64,000 bases of DNA from a virus, in the IMG/VR virus record IMGVR_UViG_3300028909_000018, positions 32,001 to 96,000 of that record; one strand, 5' to 3'. The position numbers and the translations under genes are program-made. The stretch's first letter is position 1, and every line of letters begins with the position of its first letter. Shown in pieces: positions 18,344-27,868 of the stretch. The notes beneath the pieces were generated by a model, which made no database searches, was not told the DNA's origin, and saw only the letters and a list, made by a program, of their open reading frames with translations.

Positions 18344-18610
18344 TTATGATAATCTCTTTCCTATATTTTTTGAAAAGCCTTCTTTGTATTCTACATTCTC
18401 CTGAATGGCTTCTTTAAATTTCTTGAATGCTGATATCAAGACAGCAATTTGAAATCTGACCTTTTCCAATTCAAAAATATCAGGATTATTGTTCCAATTT
18501 TTGACCATCAATTCTTCTTTTTGTTTGAGGAATTTGATCTGTTTCTGAAAGGTATCGAATTTTTGCTCTTGCCATTCGTCTTCAAACACTTTGACTGGTT
18601 CGTAAGTCAT
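18344..18610 (-). CDS. Hypothetical protein
   Basis: Tightly packed ORF with RBS. Confidence 0.6.
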   Translation of the reverse strand: MTYEPVKVFEDEWQEQKFDTFQKQIKFLKQKEELMVKNWNNNPDIFELEKVRFQIAVLISAFKKFKEAIQENVEYKEGFSKNIGKRLS

Positions 18611-18846
18611 TTGTTATCCTTCTTGATAAGTTTGATGTTGTAATTCACGATCTTAGAATAGCTGGAATGGTCAAGATATGCCCGAACCGATGTCTCAAAG
18701 TCTGACTCCGCATTCTTGATAACCTTTTCGACTTCCTCCGTGGCCGTCTTCATAAGCACTTCCCGAAGGGCATCCCTAAGAGCAGACTTCAGAAGTGTAT
18801 TATACAGTCCTTCATCAGGAAGTTTTGTCGGGTCTAACATCGCCAT
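18607..18846 (-). CDS. Hypothetical protein
   Basis: Overlapping stop/start with neighbours. Confidence 0.65.
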   Translation of the reverse strand: MAMLDPTKLPDEGLYNTLLKSALRDALREVLMKTATEEVEKVIKNAESDFETSVRAYLDHSSYSKIVNYNIKLIKKDNK

Positions 18847-19463
18847 TATTTTTTCCTCTTTTCATATTCTTCAATGATACTTTGATGCACGGCCATCTCA
18901 TCCTTACTCGCGTCGATCATGGCGAAACGATCCTGATTAGCCCACAGAGATTGAAAGTCGCCTCTTGCCTTGTCATAAAATTCAAAGGGACGTTGGTCAA
19001 AGGTGTTGAGGTTTCCTCTAATCCTAAGACGTTCTAGGGCCTCGCTGACGGGCATGTCAAGCAAGAAGGTAATATCTGGCATGGCATACCACTCTTTGCT
19101 ACCAGTCTCGACCTTGATCGAATTCCATTTGGTTGACCGACGCAGATTAATATCTACATCCTGCTGGTAGACTTCGGTGGAATCAAAAAACCTATCACAA
19201 ATAACGACCTTCCCGGCGTCGATAGCTGGCCTGATCGTGTTTAAAATGTGATCCCGACGAGCGGCATAAAAAAGAAAGAATTCCGTATATTGGTCCAGAT
19301 CGTTGTTGATAATGATATTACGGATTTGTTCCGCGATATAGGAGCCGCCCGGCTCTCTAGTTAGCAGAACGGGAATATTCTGTGCCTCAAGGTAAGAAGC
19401 CAAAAGTTTGGCCTGTGTACTCTTTCCGGTACCGTCTATGCCTTCAAATGTAATAAAAATCGT
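18846..19463 (-). CDS. tmk: Thymidylate kinase
   Basis: In-frame upstream FITFEGIDGTGKSTQ P-loop, TREPGG and VICDRF. Requires a non-AUG start (ACG at 19463). Confidence 0.92.
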   Translation of the reverse strand, partial: TIFITFEGIDGTGKSTQAKLLASYLEAQNIPVLLTREPGGSYIAEQIRNIIINNDLDQYTEFFLFYAARRDHILNTIRPAIDAGKVVICDRFFDSTEVYQQDVDINLRRSTKWNSIKVETGSKEWYAMPDITFLLDMPVSEALERLRIRGNLNTFDQRPFEFYDKARGDFQSLWANQDRFAMIDASKDEMAVHQSIIEEYEKRKK

Positions 19464-19722
19464 GTTCTTCCTCTTTATGGAGTAATTCTTTCTTCAGCAA
19501 GATAGGTTCATTAAATTTTTCAGAAAGAACCTTACAGATTTCATGCAAAAGACGTGATCTGTCGTATGGTGACCACTCATTTCTACCTTCACAAGTATTT
19601 GAAAGGATGTCCTGTGCGATGCATTTACCTACGAGCCATGCGGCAAGCTTTGTACTATCAGGATTATTGATTACAATCTTATCCAGATTTTCTTCAATAA
19701 TCGACTCAACATTATAAGACAT
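19444..19722 (-). CDS. Hypothetical protein
   Basis: GGAGG RBS before MSYNV. Confidence 0.6.
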   Translation of the reverse strand: MSYNVESIIEENLDKIVINNPDSTKLAAWLVGKCIAQDILSNTCEGRNEWSPYDRSRLLHEICKVLSEKFNEPILLKKELLHKEEEHDFYYI

Positions 19723-19723
19723 T

Positions 19724-19945
19724 TTAATCCTCCAAAAGTTCAAATCTAAACCAACGCCCTCCAAACATCGCAAATTGTTTGATAGCGAAGTCAGTAATTT
19801 CCCCGTCCTTACCCACGATGAACGTCATCTCATAACGAGAATCTTCTGGTATCAGCAACGTATCGATCCGCAACTCACGATTATCGATTATCTCTTGTGT
19901 ATTGTTCGTGGCGTCACAGATGACCTCAAAATCATCAAGTCCCAT
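19724..19945 (-). CDS. Small protein resembling the tail sheath (gp18) C-terminal segment
   Basis: GLDDFEVICDATNNTQEIIDNRELRIDTLLIP. Confidence 0.65.
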   Translation of the reverse strand: MGLDDFEVICDATNNTQEIIDNRELRIDTLLIPEDSRYEMTFIVGKDGEITDFAIKQFAMFGGRWFRFELLED

Positions 19946-20092
19946 AAAAACTTTCTTATTTGAGAAGGCGGATCATTTCAGTTTCGAAACGCCTAAAGAA
20001 ATGCCACTGTTCATCGAGCATCTTCTTATGAAATTCATCATAAGTTCGAATTTTCATCCATTCGCCCATCTTGGTGTAGAAATCAAAAGGCG

Positions 20093-20368
20093 TCATTGTG
20101 TTTCCTTCTGAGCATTATCAAGATACTTCTGCACGGCCACGGCATGGTTGTGACAGTATTGATTATGCTTCCAAAGCTTGACGTAGCTCTTCGCCACGTC
20201 CTTGTTAGACTTAAACTTCTCTGGAAGCTTGACTGACCCACAGGCCAACAGATTCGATGGAGGCATGATAACCTCATAATGTGTCACCTTAATGTCCACA
20301 GGCTGTGGCGTGGCACAACCGGCCAGACACACACCAATAATCAACGCGGCGATTGTAAGCTTAATCAT
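20093..20368 (-). CDS. o-spanin (Rz1-like lipoprotein)
   Basis: Lipobox LAGC, Pro-rich, extra Cys; directly follows the i-spanin. Confidence 0.75.
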   Translation of the reverse strand: MIKLTIAALIIGVCLAGCATPQPVDIKVTHYEVIMPPSNLLACGSVKLPEKFKSNKDVAKSYVKLWKHNQYCHNHAVAVQKYLDNAQKETQ

Positions 20369-20727
20369 TATTTTCTTCCCTTTAGACTTCCTAAAATTTG
20401 GTTAAAGATTGGATCGAGTTGATCGTCCTTTGTGGCGTCAACTGCGGCATTGGCGATACCGGCAGATTCTTTCACTCTCCCATCAAGGACAGAATTCTGT
20501 TCCTGAAGCTGTTGGAGATTGGTGGCGAGGGTTTTATTAACCGCCGCCATCGCGTCTTTTTCCTTGATGACTTCTTCAAGCTGCATCTGATTAAACGATG
20601 CCAAGGCTTCTTTCTTGGCCTCGTGAATTTTGAGTTCATACCACCCAAATACGAGACCGACCAACATGATGCCACCGGCAACATATCCAACAATTCTTCC
20701 GAATGGCGTGAGTAGGAAAGCAAGCAT
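20368..20727 (-). CDS. i-spanin (Rz-like)
   Basis: N-terminal TM helix plus coiled coil. Confidence 0.72.
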   Translation of the reverse strand: MLAFLLTPFGRIVGYVAGGIMLVGLVFGWYELKIHEAKKEALASFNQMQLEEVIKEKDAMAAVNKTLATNLQQLQEQNSVLDGRVKESAGIANAAVDATKDDQLDPIFNQILGSLKGRK

Positions 20728-20748
20728 AAAAAACCCTTTTGTGCCTAT

Positions 20749-21069
20749 TTATAATTTATAACGCCACTGTTCATTCGGAGGAATTGATTTATAACGCCAC
20801 TGTTCATTCGGAGGAATGAAGCCATGAGGGTACTTATAACTACATTGTTCTTGTATGACACCCTGATTGTCGGGTTTACCTATATAACAATCCTTAGACT
20901 GTATATAAGCCCCTATCCCCGCGAAGATGAAAAGTATAACGAAGAACACAACAAGACCTATAACACGAAATAGAATGTAGTACAAGATAGCCTTACCGGC
21001 TATATTACCGATACTGGTGTTCAGAAGGCCGTTGCCGATTTCTTTCGGTGTTGCATCAAAAAGACCCAT
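20749..21069 (-). CDS. Membrane protein with duplicated C-terminal IPPNEQWRYK
   Basis: TM helix; 31-bp direct repeat at 20754-20784 and 20787-20817. Confidence 0.6.
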   Translation of the reverse strand: MGLFDATPKEIGNGLLNTSIGNIAGKAILYYILFRVIGLVVFFVILFIFAGIGAYIQSKDCYIGKPDNQGVIQEQCSYKYPHGFIPPNEQWRYKSIPPNEQWRYKL

Positions 21070-21086
21070 GATGAATAATCCTTGTG

Positions 21087-22085
21087 TTACCAGCGGTTCA
21101 TTTGCGCCTGATGAAAATAATATACCTTATTTCCGTAGGTGTCAAGGAGAAAATCCTCAATCCACGCCTTGTCCACATTCTCAGGCAAGGTAGATTTCAT
21201 GGCTGCATCTTCGACATCCACAAACAATTCCTCAATCTTTTCAGACACTTCCTTGTATGGAAGCCATCCCTTCTTGATATTTAGAAGTTCGGGAGCATTG
21301 GGACGAGGAAAAATAATGTTATGGGTTCTGAATAGCTCCACCGCCTGCTGCCCAATTCGAACAGCATGAGATAATGCCTTCCAGTCCACGCCTTCATTCT
21401 TTTCGGCCTGTAGAGCCCTCTTTCCATACCCGTCCACGATCTTCTCGACCACAGAGAAGGCGCTTCCGACAGAGGCGGTAAAGGGTAGCAGACGATCACA
21501 TACATCCAGATGACGAATCTCCTGACCACTGGCCAGAGGGATATCCACGATCTTGATGAATTCCTTGTCCTTGGCCCATACGTCGATCTTGGTGGCATAA
21601 TCACCCAGCTTCTTATTCATTCCCAAAATACTAACAAGATGGTTAAGAAATTCAAGCGCATCACGAGCGGCGGCGACGCGGGAGCCCTTGATGCCGTATT
21701 TGTTGGCTTGTTGACGACAATAGCCGATGAAGGCCTTGGACTGCCGGGAGATGAGTTTTTTCCGATTATTCTGAATACGAGTCCACATAGGAGAGTGTTC
21801 AAGAATATAATTATTCGGAGCGAAGAGCATGTCCAGAGAAACCGTCTGACCTTCCGCGACAAGCTTCAGATACTTATCGAGACTGTAAATTTCCTCATCG
21901 ATGTCGGCGGAAGAATTTTTCTCAAACTCAGGCTTCTCCTTAGAGTAAGAAATTGATTCCTTGACGCGACGCAGAAGAATATCCTCGGCGGTGGGAATAT
22001 AAACCGCCTTGTAATCTGTATCGCTTGTGGGAGTATTTGTCCCATATAAGGATGATCCGAAGAGCAATCTAACAATCTTTTCCAT
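21087..22085 (-). CDS. Pol-beta-superfamily nucleotidyltransferase (NrdC.11/RlaP-like)
   Basis: FGSSLYGTNTPTSDTDYK and DWKALSHAVR motifs. Confidence 0.88.
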   Translation of the reverse strand: MEKIVRLLFGSSLYGTNTPTSDTDYKAVYIPTAEDILLRRVKESISYSKEKPEFEKNSSADIDEEIYSLDKYLKLVAEGQTVSLDMLFAPNNYILEHSPMWTRIQNNRKKLISRQSKAFIGYCRQQANKYGIKGSRVAAARDALEFLNHLVSILGMNKKLGDYATKIDVWAKDKEFIKIVDIPLASGQEIRHLDVCDRLLPFTASVGSAFSVVEKIVDGYGKRALQAEKNEGVDWKALSHAVRIGQQAVELFRTHNIIFPRPNAPELLNIKKGWLPYKEVSEKIEELFVDVEDAAMKSTLPENVDKAWIEDFLLDTYGNKVYYFHQAQMNRW

Positions 22086-22096
22086 GATTAATCCTT

Positions 22097-22186
22097 TTAC
22101 TTCTTACACTTGTTCCGATTGCGGCGCTTCTTGGAGCCGATCTTCCGACGCCCCTTACGTGGGCGGTTCTTCTTAGGTGTAGGCAA
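22097..22186 (-). CDS. 29-aa highly basic peptide
   Basis: AGGA RBS, TTG start, MPTPKKNRPRKGRRKIGSKKRRNRNKCKK; fills the gap between dda and the NTase. Confidence 0.65.
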   Translation of the reverse strand: MPTPKKNRPRKGRRKIGSKKRRNRNKCKK

Positions 22187-22198
22187 TTTCTTTCCTTT

Positions 22199-23455
22199 CT
22201 AGAACGTATAGATGCGTTTTGTAGGTCTCGTTGCCGCAACGTAAAGACACTGGAAGGCTTCCTGTGACTTGTGGTTACAGAGGATGTCCTGCTGGTCAAT
22301 GTAGCACTCGGTTATTGTCGAACCTTGGGCTCTATGCGCCGTCAGGGCATATCCATATCTTACCTCATCGAGGTAATTCTTCAAATCCCAGAATTCCTTC
22401 CATGCGGCTCTTTTTCCGCCCTTACTGACATTCTTGGCTTCGATGGCCTTGCGTGATAGTAGCACATTTAATGCGTCTTGATCAACAGGAACTTTCAAAA
22501 TAATTTCCTGATTGTTGTTCTTAACGTACAATTCCCAATATTCGATATCATGAATATCATCGATCACCACATAATTTTCATTGGTGGCTTCCTCGACAAT
22601 ATATTCATCATCGGTGTGGGCGATAAATTCATCGTTCCTGACGACAGGCTTGCCGATCAGGATAATATCACCAGCCTCGTACTTTTGGGTGAACAACAAC
22701 TTGCGGCGAATAATTGTGTTATAATAATTAACCGTATCATTGCGCCATGCGATGACCTTGGTTTCATTGAAGTTGACACTTCTAATTTTACTCAAAAGAT
22801 GATCTTCAAATTCTCTCTTCGAATCAAAAAGAAAGACACCATCACCCTCGGCGCTGACATCCTGCCGGATCGGAGAGATATAATTCTTTTCACGGAGACA
22901 GGCGCGGATTTCAGTCGCCATATTCAGCAACTCATTATCATTCCGCATGACTGTTCGAAGAATGGCTCTATTACTCTCCTTATCAATTGTTTTCCACGCT
23001 GGACTTGATATTTCATTAACCGGAGGAAGCTGCGCCGGATCACCAACGAAGATGACGCGAATGGCAGGCATGGAGATGATGACGTTTAGAAGTTCTCGAC
23101 CGACCATGGAAGCCTCGTCCACGACGATGATCGAGCCCTTGGGGAAGTAGATTGGCTTGTCAGATTTTGTCAGGACGAGTCGGTCTTCCCGCTCTTCCAT
23201 CTTTAGGCCGAGCAGGGAGTAAATCGTCTTGACGGAGACGCCAAGATTATTTTCCAACACCTTGGAGGCCTTGTTCGTCGTCGCGCTGAAATAGAGGTTC
23301 GGGATATTACTCTGGGCTATCAATTTGGTCAGGAAGGTCTTCCCGGTTCCTGCGAAGCCTTGAAGGAGGAAGAACCGTTCCTTCGTCTTAATCCACTTCT
23401 TGATGGCCTTCAGTGCTTCCTGCTGGTCCACACTCAGATTAATTTTGTTTGTCAA
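22199..23455 (-). CDS. dda: Dda-like SF1B DNA helicase
   Basis: GFAGTGKT, DEASMV, GDPAQLPPV, YALTAHRAQGST and YVAATR motifs. Confidence 0.93.
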   Translation of the reverse strand: MTNKINLSVDQQEALKAIKKWIKTKERFFLLQGFAGTGKTFLTKLIAQSNIPNLYFSATTNKASKVLENNLGVSVKTIYSLLGLKMEEREDRLVLTKSDKPIYFPKGSIIVVDEASMVGRELLNVIISMPAIRVIFVGDPAQLPPVNEISSPAWKTIDKESNRAILRTVMRNDNELLNMATEIRACLREKNYISPIRQDVSAEGDGVFLFDSKREFEDHLLSKIRSVNFNETKVIAWRNDTVNYYNTIIRRKLLFTQKYEAGDIILIGKPVVRNDEFIAHTDDEYIVEEATNENYVVIDDIHDIEYWELYVKNNNQEIILKVPVDQDALNVLLSRKAIEAKNVSKGGKRAAWKEFWDLKNYLDEVRYGYALTAHRAQGSTITECYIDQQDILCNHKSQEAFQCLYVAATRPTKRIYTF

Positions 23456-23732
23456 TGTTATTTCTTTCTTTGTGTGAAAATTTCTGTATTCTAAGTATCC
23501 TGATCCTTCCGCAGCTTATAATTATTAGGATCGAGGATGACGAAATTCATCATCCCATGGTAGCCTTTTTCAAGAAGTGGGGAACCGAGATTGACATAAT
23601 AAATCTCACCACAAGAAAGGGTCTCGCCGGTCCACTTAGCTTCATGGACTATAATCACCCAGCCTTTCATTGTCAACATCCAAGATAGAAGTTCTTTACA
23701 GACTTCGACGTGACAAGTTCCCCAATTTTTCA

Positions 23733-24167
23733 TCATCCCTCCAAAATTACTGGTAGTTTCAAATCATTATTATTCATGGCCAATTCAATCAGGAGCCGGA
23801 TATTCGGAGCCAAATTATTGTAAAAATAATAAGATGGGTTGAACAAGTCCTTGATGGCGAAAACATGAAGCTGCTCATCCGTCAAGGGCCTGATCATATT
23901 TAGATCATGATCTGGAGTATAAAAGAAATGAACTTCAAAGGTGGAAGTCTTGTAGACGGCCAAATATTTCCAAAAAGCCTTACTACTAATGGTGGATTCT
24001 TCCTTGGCCTCACGATACATGCATTCTAGCGGGGTTTCCCCTTCCTCGACATGACCACCGATGCCGTTGAAAAGTCCTTCTTGCCACTTTGGACGGCGCT
24101 TCTGGATTAGCATGACGTTCTGTTTTGGTTCATCAAAAATAAGGCCACACGAATAGAGTTGTGTCAT
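23733..24167 (-). CDS. Nudix hydrolase
   Basis: Nudix box GGHVEEGETPLECMYREAKEES. Confidence 0.92.
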   Translation of the reverse strand: MTQLYSCGLIFDEPKQNVMLIQKRRPKWQEGLFNGIGGHVEEGETPLECMYREAKEESTISSKAFWKYLAVYKTSTFEVHFFYTPDHDLNMIRPLTDEQLHVFAIKDLFNPSYYFYNNLAPNIRLLIELAMNNNDLKLPVILEG

Positions 24168-24601
24168 AAAATAATTCCTTCTCTTGGTAAGAATAATTGA
24201 ATAGGAACCTTTTTCTTTATTGAATAATCAAAAGTGTACCATGTTCCACCCTTGCTCTGGTGTTCCATCTCCCACGGCACCGCCATCATCACGTCAGAAT
24301 TATCAACGATATCCCTGTTGCGTTTCATGTAGGTCTGGGGAGCGTGGATAATATCAGACTTGTGATTATAACGCAAGATAAATTCTAAAGGTGGAAAACA
24401 AACAATTTCATACCCCAAATCCATCGCGATATCAGCGGCTTCGCCGTCCACCCCGATACAATCTCCATGATTAAATTGTGCTACATCAACGCCTTCAATA
24501 ATATCATAAAGGTACTGGTATACATTTTGTTTTTGGTAATTGGTCATACCCGATCTGGTGCCTGTCACACCGACGCGAAACACTGGTTTATCAGTCAACA
24601 T
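24164..24601 (-). CDS. SLOG (DprA/YspA-like) nucleotide-binding protein
   Basis: VGVTGTR, HGDCIGVD, RNRDIVD.SD and GGTWYT motifs. Confidence 0.75.
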   Translation of the reverse strand: MLTDKPVFRVGVTGTRSGMTNYQKQNVYQYLYDIIEGVDVAQFNHGDCIGVDGEAADIAMDLGYEIVCFPPLEFILRYNHKSDIIHAPQTYMKRNRDIVDNSDVMMAVPWEMEHQSKGGTWYTFDYSIKKKVPIQLFLPREGIIL

Positions 24602-25469
24602 CTTCTCCATTAAATTCTCTGACAGCGGCTTCAGAGACTCTCTTGATGATATTATTTGTGTCACAGGCATAAAGTCCCGAGCATGAGAAGGCATTGAATT
24701 CGATGATCCTAGGACCATCCACGGTCAGCGCCGTATCAACCACATAGACATTATCTGGTTGATACTCTTCTCTTGAAATCTGTTTCGCCAAGGCCTGACA
24801 ATCAGGTTCAACATCGATTCTGATGTCAAGCTTTCCGTCACGCTGATATTGGGACTGCGCGATAACCTCTCGATTACAGATCACATGGCGATACTCACCA
24901 ATAATTGATTTCTCCCGCGCGATGACACAAAGTTCTTCGTCAGAAATATGTTCGTACCTCGATAGCTGCTCTGGGTTATCCTCGGCGGTATTAAAGTCGA
25001 AGACACGGCCAGCAAATGATTTGGTCACCACGTCAGGCCTGATGAACATGCGGTGATCATCAAAATAAGGAGGTTGGAGACCATCAGAAAGGTCGGCATC
25101 CAACCTACGCTTCAACTCACCATAGGGCAGAATCTGCCACCGATCACTCAGCATGAGGCCGGGATATCTCCAACAATAATTGGAGAACTTCAGCGCCTCC
25201 TTCTTGAAATATGCCCCCGGATATCCCAGATTTTTCAAAATCCCACATCGCTCAACCTGATTCAAAAACTGAATCGAACCATAAAGGATGGTCGGCACTG
25301 GATCAAGTTGAGTGAAATTAAAAATAGGTTGAACACTGAAGGGAACATACTTTGTCACAAAGACATTATGTCCCTGATCGACGGCGGCACTTCCTAGGCT
25401 TGGAAATCCCCTGTCACCATCATGACGTTCCAGAAGGATTTCATCGATGACCCAATTACATTTTTCCAT
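24591..25469 (-). CDS. ATP-grasp domain protein (DUF4343-like)
   Basis: FIRP...KSFAG, EYR, YVVD.A and IIEFNAFSCSGLY motifs. Confidence 0.85.
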   Translation of the reverse strand: MEKCNWVIDEILLERHDGDRGFPSLGSAAVDQGHNVFVTKYVPFSVQPIFNFTQLDPVPTILYGSIQFLNQVERCGILKNLGYPGAYFKKEALKFSNYCWRYPGLMLSDRWQILPYGELKRRLDADLSDGLQPPYFDDHRMFIRPDVVTKSFAGRVFDFNTAEDNPEQLSRYEHISDEELCVIAREKSIIGEYRHVICNREVIAQSQYQRDGKLDIRIDVEPDCQALAKQISREEYQPDNVYVVDTALTVDGPRIIEFNAFSCSGLYACDTNNIIKRVSEAAVREFNGEDVD

Positions 25470-25844
25470 GAAAGAAGATTCCAATTTTTTTGCCTAAATT
25501 CATAAAGAACCAAATAAAAATTGTTATGGGCCATAGGATTGATGCAAGGTATAAACCTTGATTCGTAAAAACCTCTTCACCAGTTTTTATATGTGTATAT
25601 CCACAGAAGATGAAGGCGAAAGCAAAATAGAGAAATAGATAAACCCAATCCATCAGAACATCTCCGATATTTTTACACCTAGTTTAAAGCCCCCCAATAA
25701 CAGGAATCATGAAAGGCCAGAATAACGCTCCACATATAACAATAGGAGCAGACCAAAATTTGTGTTGCGCATAGCCGCCAAACAAGGCAGCTATTGCAAA
25801 GTATCCAATCACAAAAAGAAACGTTAAAATCAAATTCCAATCCA

Positions 25845-26243
25845 TCAGCCTTTAACTCCAATGTTATATTTCACGACAAAATTCCAATCCGGCTTCTCGG
25901 CAAAGGGAACCACACGAATTGTCTTCATGCTGGCCACAGGTGACTCGGTGACGGAGGGATTGACAATCTTGACCAGATTCCACTGTTGCAGAAGGTTGGC
26001 GATGGTGTTGCGACGGCCCCGATCCTCGTCGGAGAAATGTTTGCCCTTACCATCCAACATGAACATCTCTAGAAAATGAACGATGTAATACCGGCCTCGC
26101 TTATGTAGAATGTGACAAGTCTGATACAGTGTCTTGTCCTTATGTGAGGCAATCCCGATTCGGGAAAGAGTTTCCTTGACCTTTAAAAAGTCTTCATCAT
26201 ATTTTAGTTCAATCTCTACGAGAGAATCAACGACAGTAGACAT
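25845..26243 (-). CDS. regA: Translational repressor RegA
   Basis: DFLKVKETLSRIGIAS...LYQTCHILHKRGRYYIVHF.E.F.LDG. Confidence 0.97.
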   Translation of the reverse strand: MSTVVDSLVEIELKYDEDFLKVKETLSRIGIASHKDKTLYQTCHILHKRGRYYIVHFLEMFMLDGKGKHFSDEDRGRRNTIANLLQQWNLVKIVNPSVTESPVASMKTIRVVPFAEKPDWNFVVKYNIGVKG

Positions 26244-26244
26244 A

Positions 26245-26628
26245 TTAATCTCCTTTTCTTATTATTGTTTCTTCATACCATTCTTTGATATACTGTAACT
26301 GTTCCTCGGTAAGGATTTTTAATGTATCCGCCGCGTGGTTAATGGAACAATCATAATATTCTGATATTATCTTGATGTTTTCGTCGGCCTCACTTTTAAA
26401 CCATTTCGAATATCTCTTCCTTCCTTTGATGGAGTTGAAGTAAAAATCCTTATGGAATTCTTTCGGGATATCTTTGGAGAACGAAGCCGCCTCGGCAGCA
26501 TAAAGGATCGTGTCAACATGATACGAGAAGAATCGATCCGTAAGGTATTTGTCGTAGCCCTTGTCTAGTTCCGTCTCCTGACGGTTACTGAGAGCCGCAA
26601 TATGCTCAAAAGGTTTTAACAAAGGCAT
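26245..26628 (-). CDS. gp62: Clamp loader small subunit
   Basis: Y..YL..RFFSY..D, RKRYSKW, I.EYY..S...A...L..LT; T4-like synteny. Confidence 0.9.
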   Translation of the reverse strand: MPLLKPFEHIAALSNRQETELDKGYDKYLTDRFFSYHVDTILYAAEAASFSKDIPKEFHKDFYFNSIKGRKRYSKWFKSEADENIKIISEYYDCSINHAADTLKILTEEQLQYIKEWYEETIIRKGD

Positions 26629-26812
26629 ATGTCATCACAATAAATATAAAGTAAAACATGAAAAGATATATATAATCATCCTTCTTTAATTCACGATGGA
26701 GCATCATAAATGTTCCTGAAAGAAGAGCCAAGATGGAAAATCCATATATGACAAATATGGAGCACCAGATGAAACCGTAAAAAATATTAAATATAAGATC
26801 AAGCAACATGGT

Positions 26813-27769
26813 TTATTCCTTCCACACCATTTCAGACATAATCTGTGTTAAAAATGCCACGGTATTGATTTCTTTATCAATCACGAAGGCCTGTTTGTAG
26901 TCATATTCATTGTATAGCACAACGAAGGACGGAAGGCAAGAAATTTGAACCTTCAATCTGACGCCATTTAGGAGCCGACGCGCGAAGGCGTTGAAATCAT
27001 TGACGGAGTTGTAGTTCTCTCCGACCCACTTTCGCATACCATTCCAGTTCTTCGACTTTAAAAGGTCGATGATATCATCTACCGACTCTTCCGAGGAAAT
27101 AGACAAAATTCCTGTGTCAATTGTCTTGGCCTTCACCGAATAGGCATGTAGCTCCACCAGCGTCTTACGCCAGTCAGGATAATACTTCTTGACAACCTCG
27201 GCCACAACCTTCTTGTCATAGGTGACACTTTCCTGATCGAGAATAGTAAATACGGAAATCAGAAACTCCCGACCAAGAATGGGTAGGTCTTCCTTGGTTA
27301 GGTTGAAATCTATGGTGGCGAAGCGGGAGAAGTAGGCGCTATCCAGCCGTTCCTTATGATTACACGTTATGATGAAACCTGCGTTGGAAGCAAACTCTTC
27401 TATGAAGCTTTTAAGCGCCTCCTGAGAGGCCTTCAGCATTCCGTCACCTTCGTCAAAGACAATGTACTTTCTGCCGTCCTTGAAGCTTACAGACGAGGCA
27501 AAGTCCATTACCTCGTTGCGGATCACATCAATCCCCTTCTTTAGGGATGAGTTGATCTTAATATAATCCGCATCAATTTCATCAAGCATGGCAAGAGCCA
27601 CGGAAGTCTTCCCAACACCGGGAGGGCCAGCCAGAACAAGATTTGGAATATTCTTATCATCAACATATCCTTGAAAGAGGCTCTTGATACGCTCTGGTAG
27701 GATGCATTCTTTTACCGTCGTTGGACGATATTTGTCGGCCCATCCAAAATATTTTCTATCGCCCTGCAT
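26813..27769 (-). CDS. gp44: Clamp loader large subunit
   Basis: W.DKYRP....CILP, GPPGVGKT and DE.D motifs. Confidence 0.95.
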   Translation of the reverse strand: MQGDRKYFGWADKYRPTTVKECILPERIKSLFQGYVDDKNIPNLVLAGPPGVGKTSVALAMLDEIDADYIKINSSLKKGIDVIRNEVMDFASSVSFKDGRKYIVFDEGDGMLKASQEALKSFIEEFASNAGFIITCNHKERLDSAYFSRFATIDFNLTKEDLPILGREFLISVFTILDQESVTYDKKVVAEVVKKYYPDWRKTLVELHAYSVKAKTIDTGILSISSEESVDDIIDLLKSKNWNGMRKWVGENYNSVNDFNAFARRLLNGVRLKVQISCLPSFVVLYNEYDYKQAFVIDKEINTVAFLTQIMSEMVWKE

Positions 27770-27868
27770 GATCCTTAAATCCCTTCATAAACAATAAAAT
27801 CATTTTTGTCACACAATACGCCAAGAAACCACAAACAATAACCGTGGGTCCATAGGCGAGAAGGCAAA

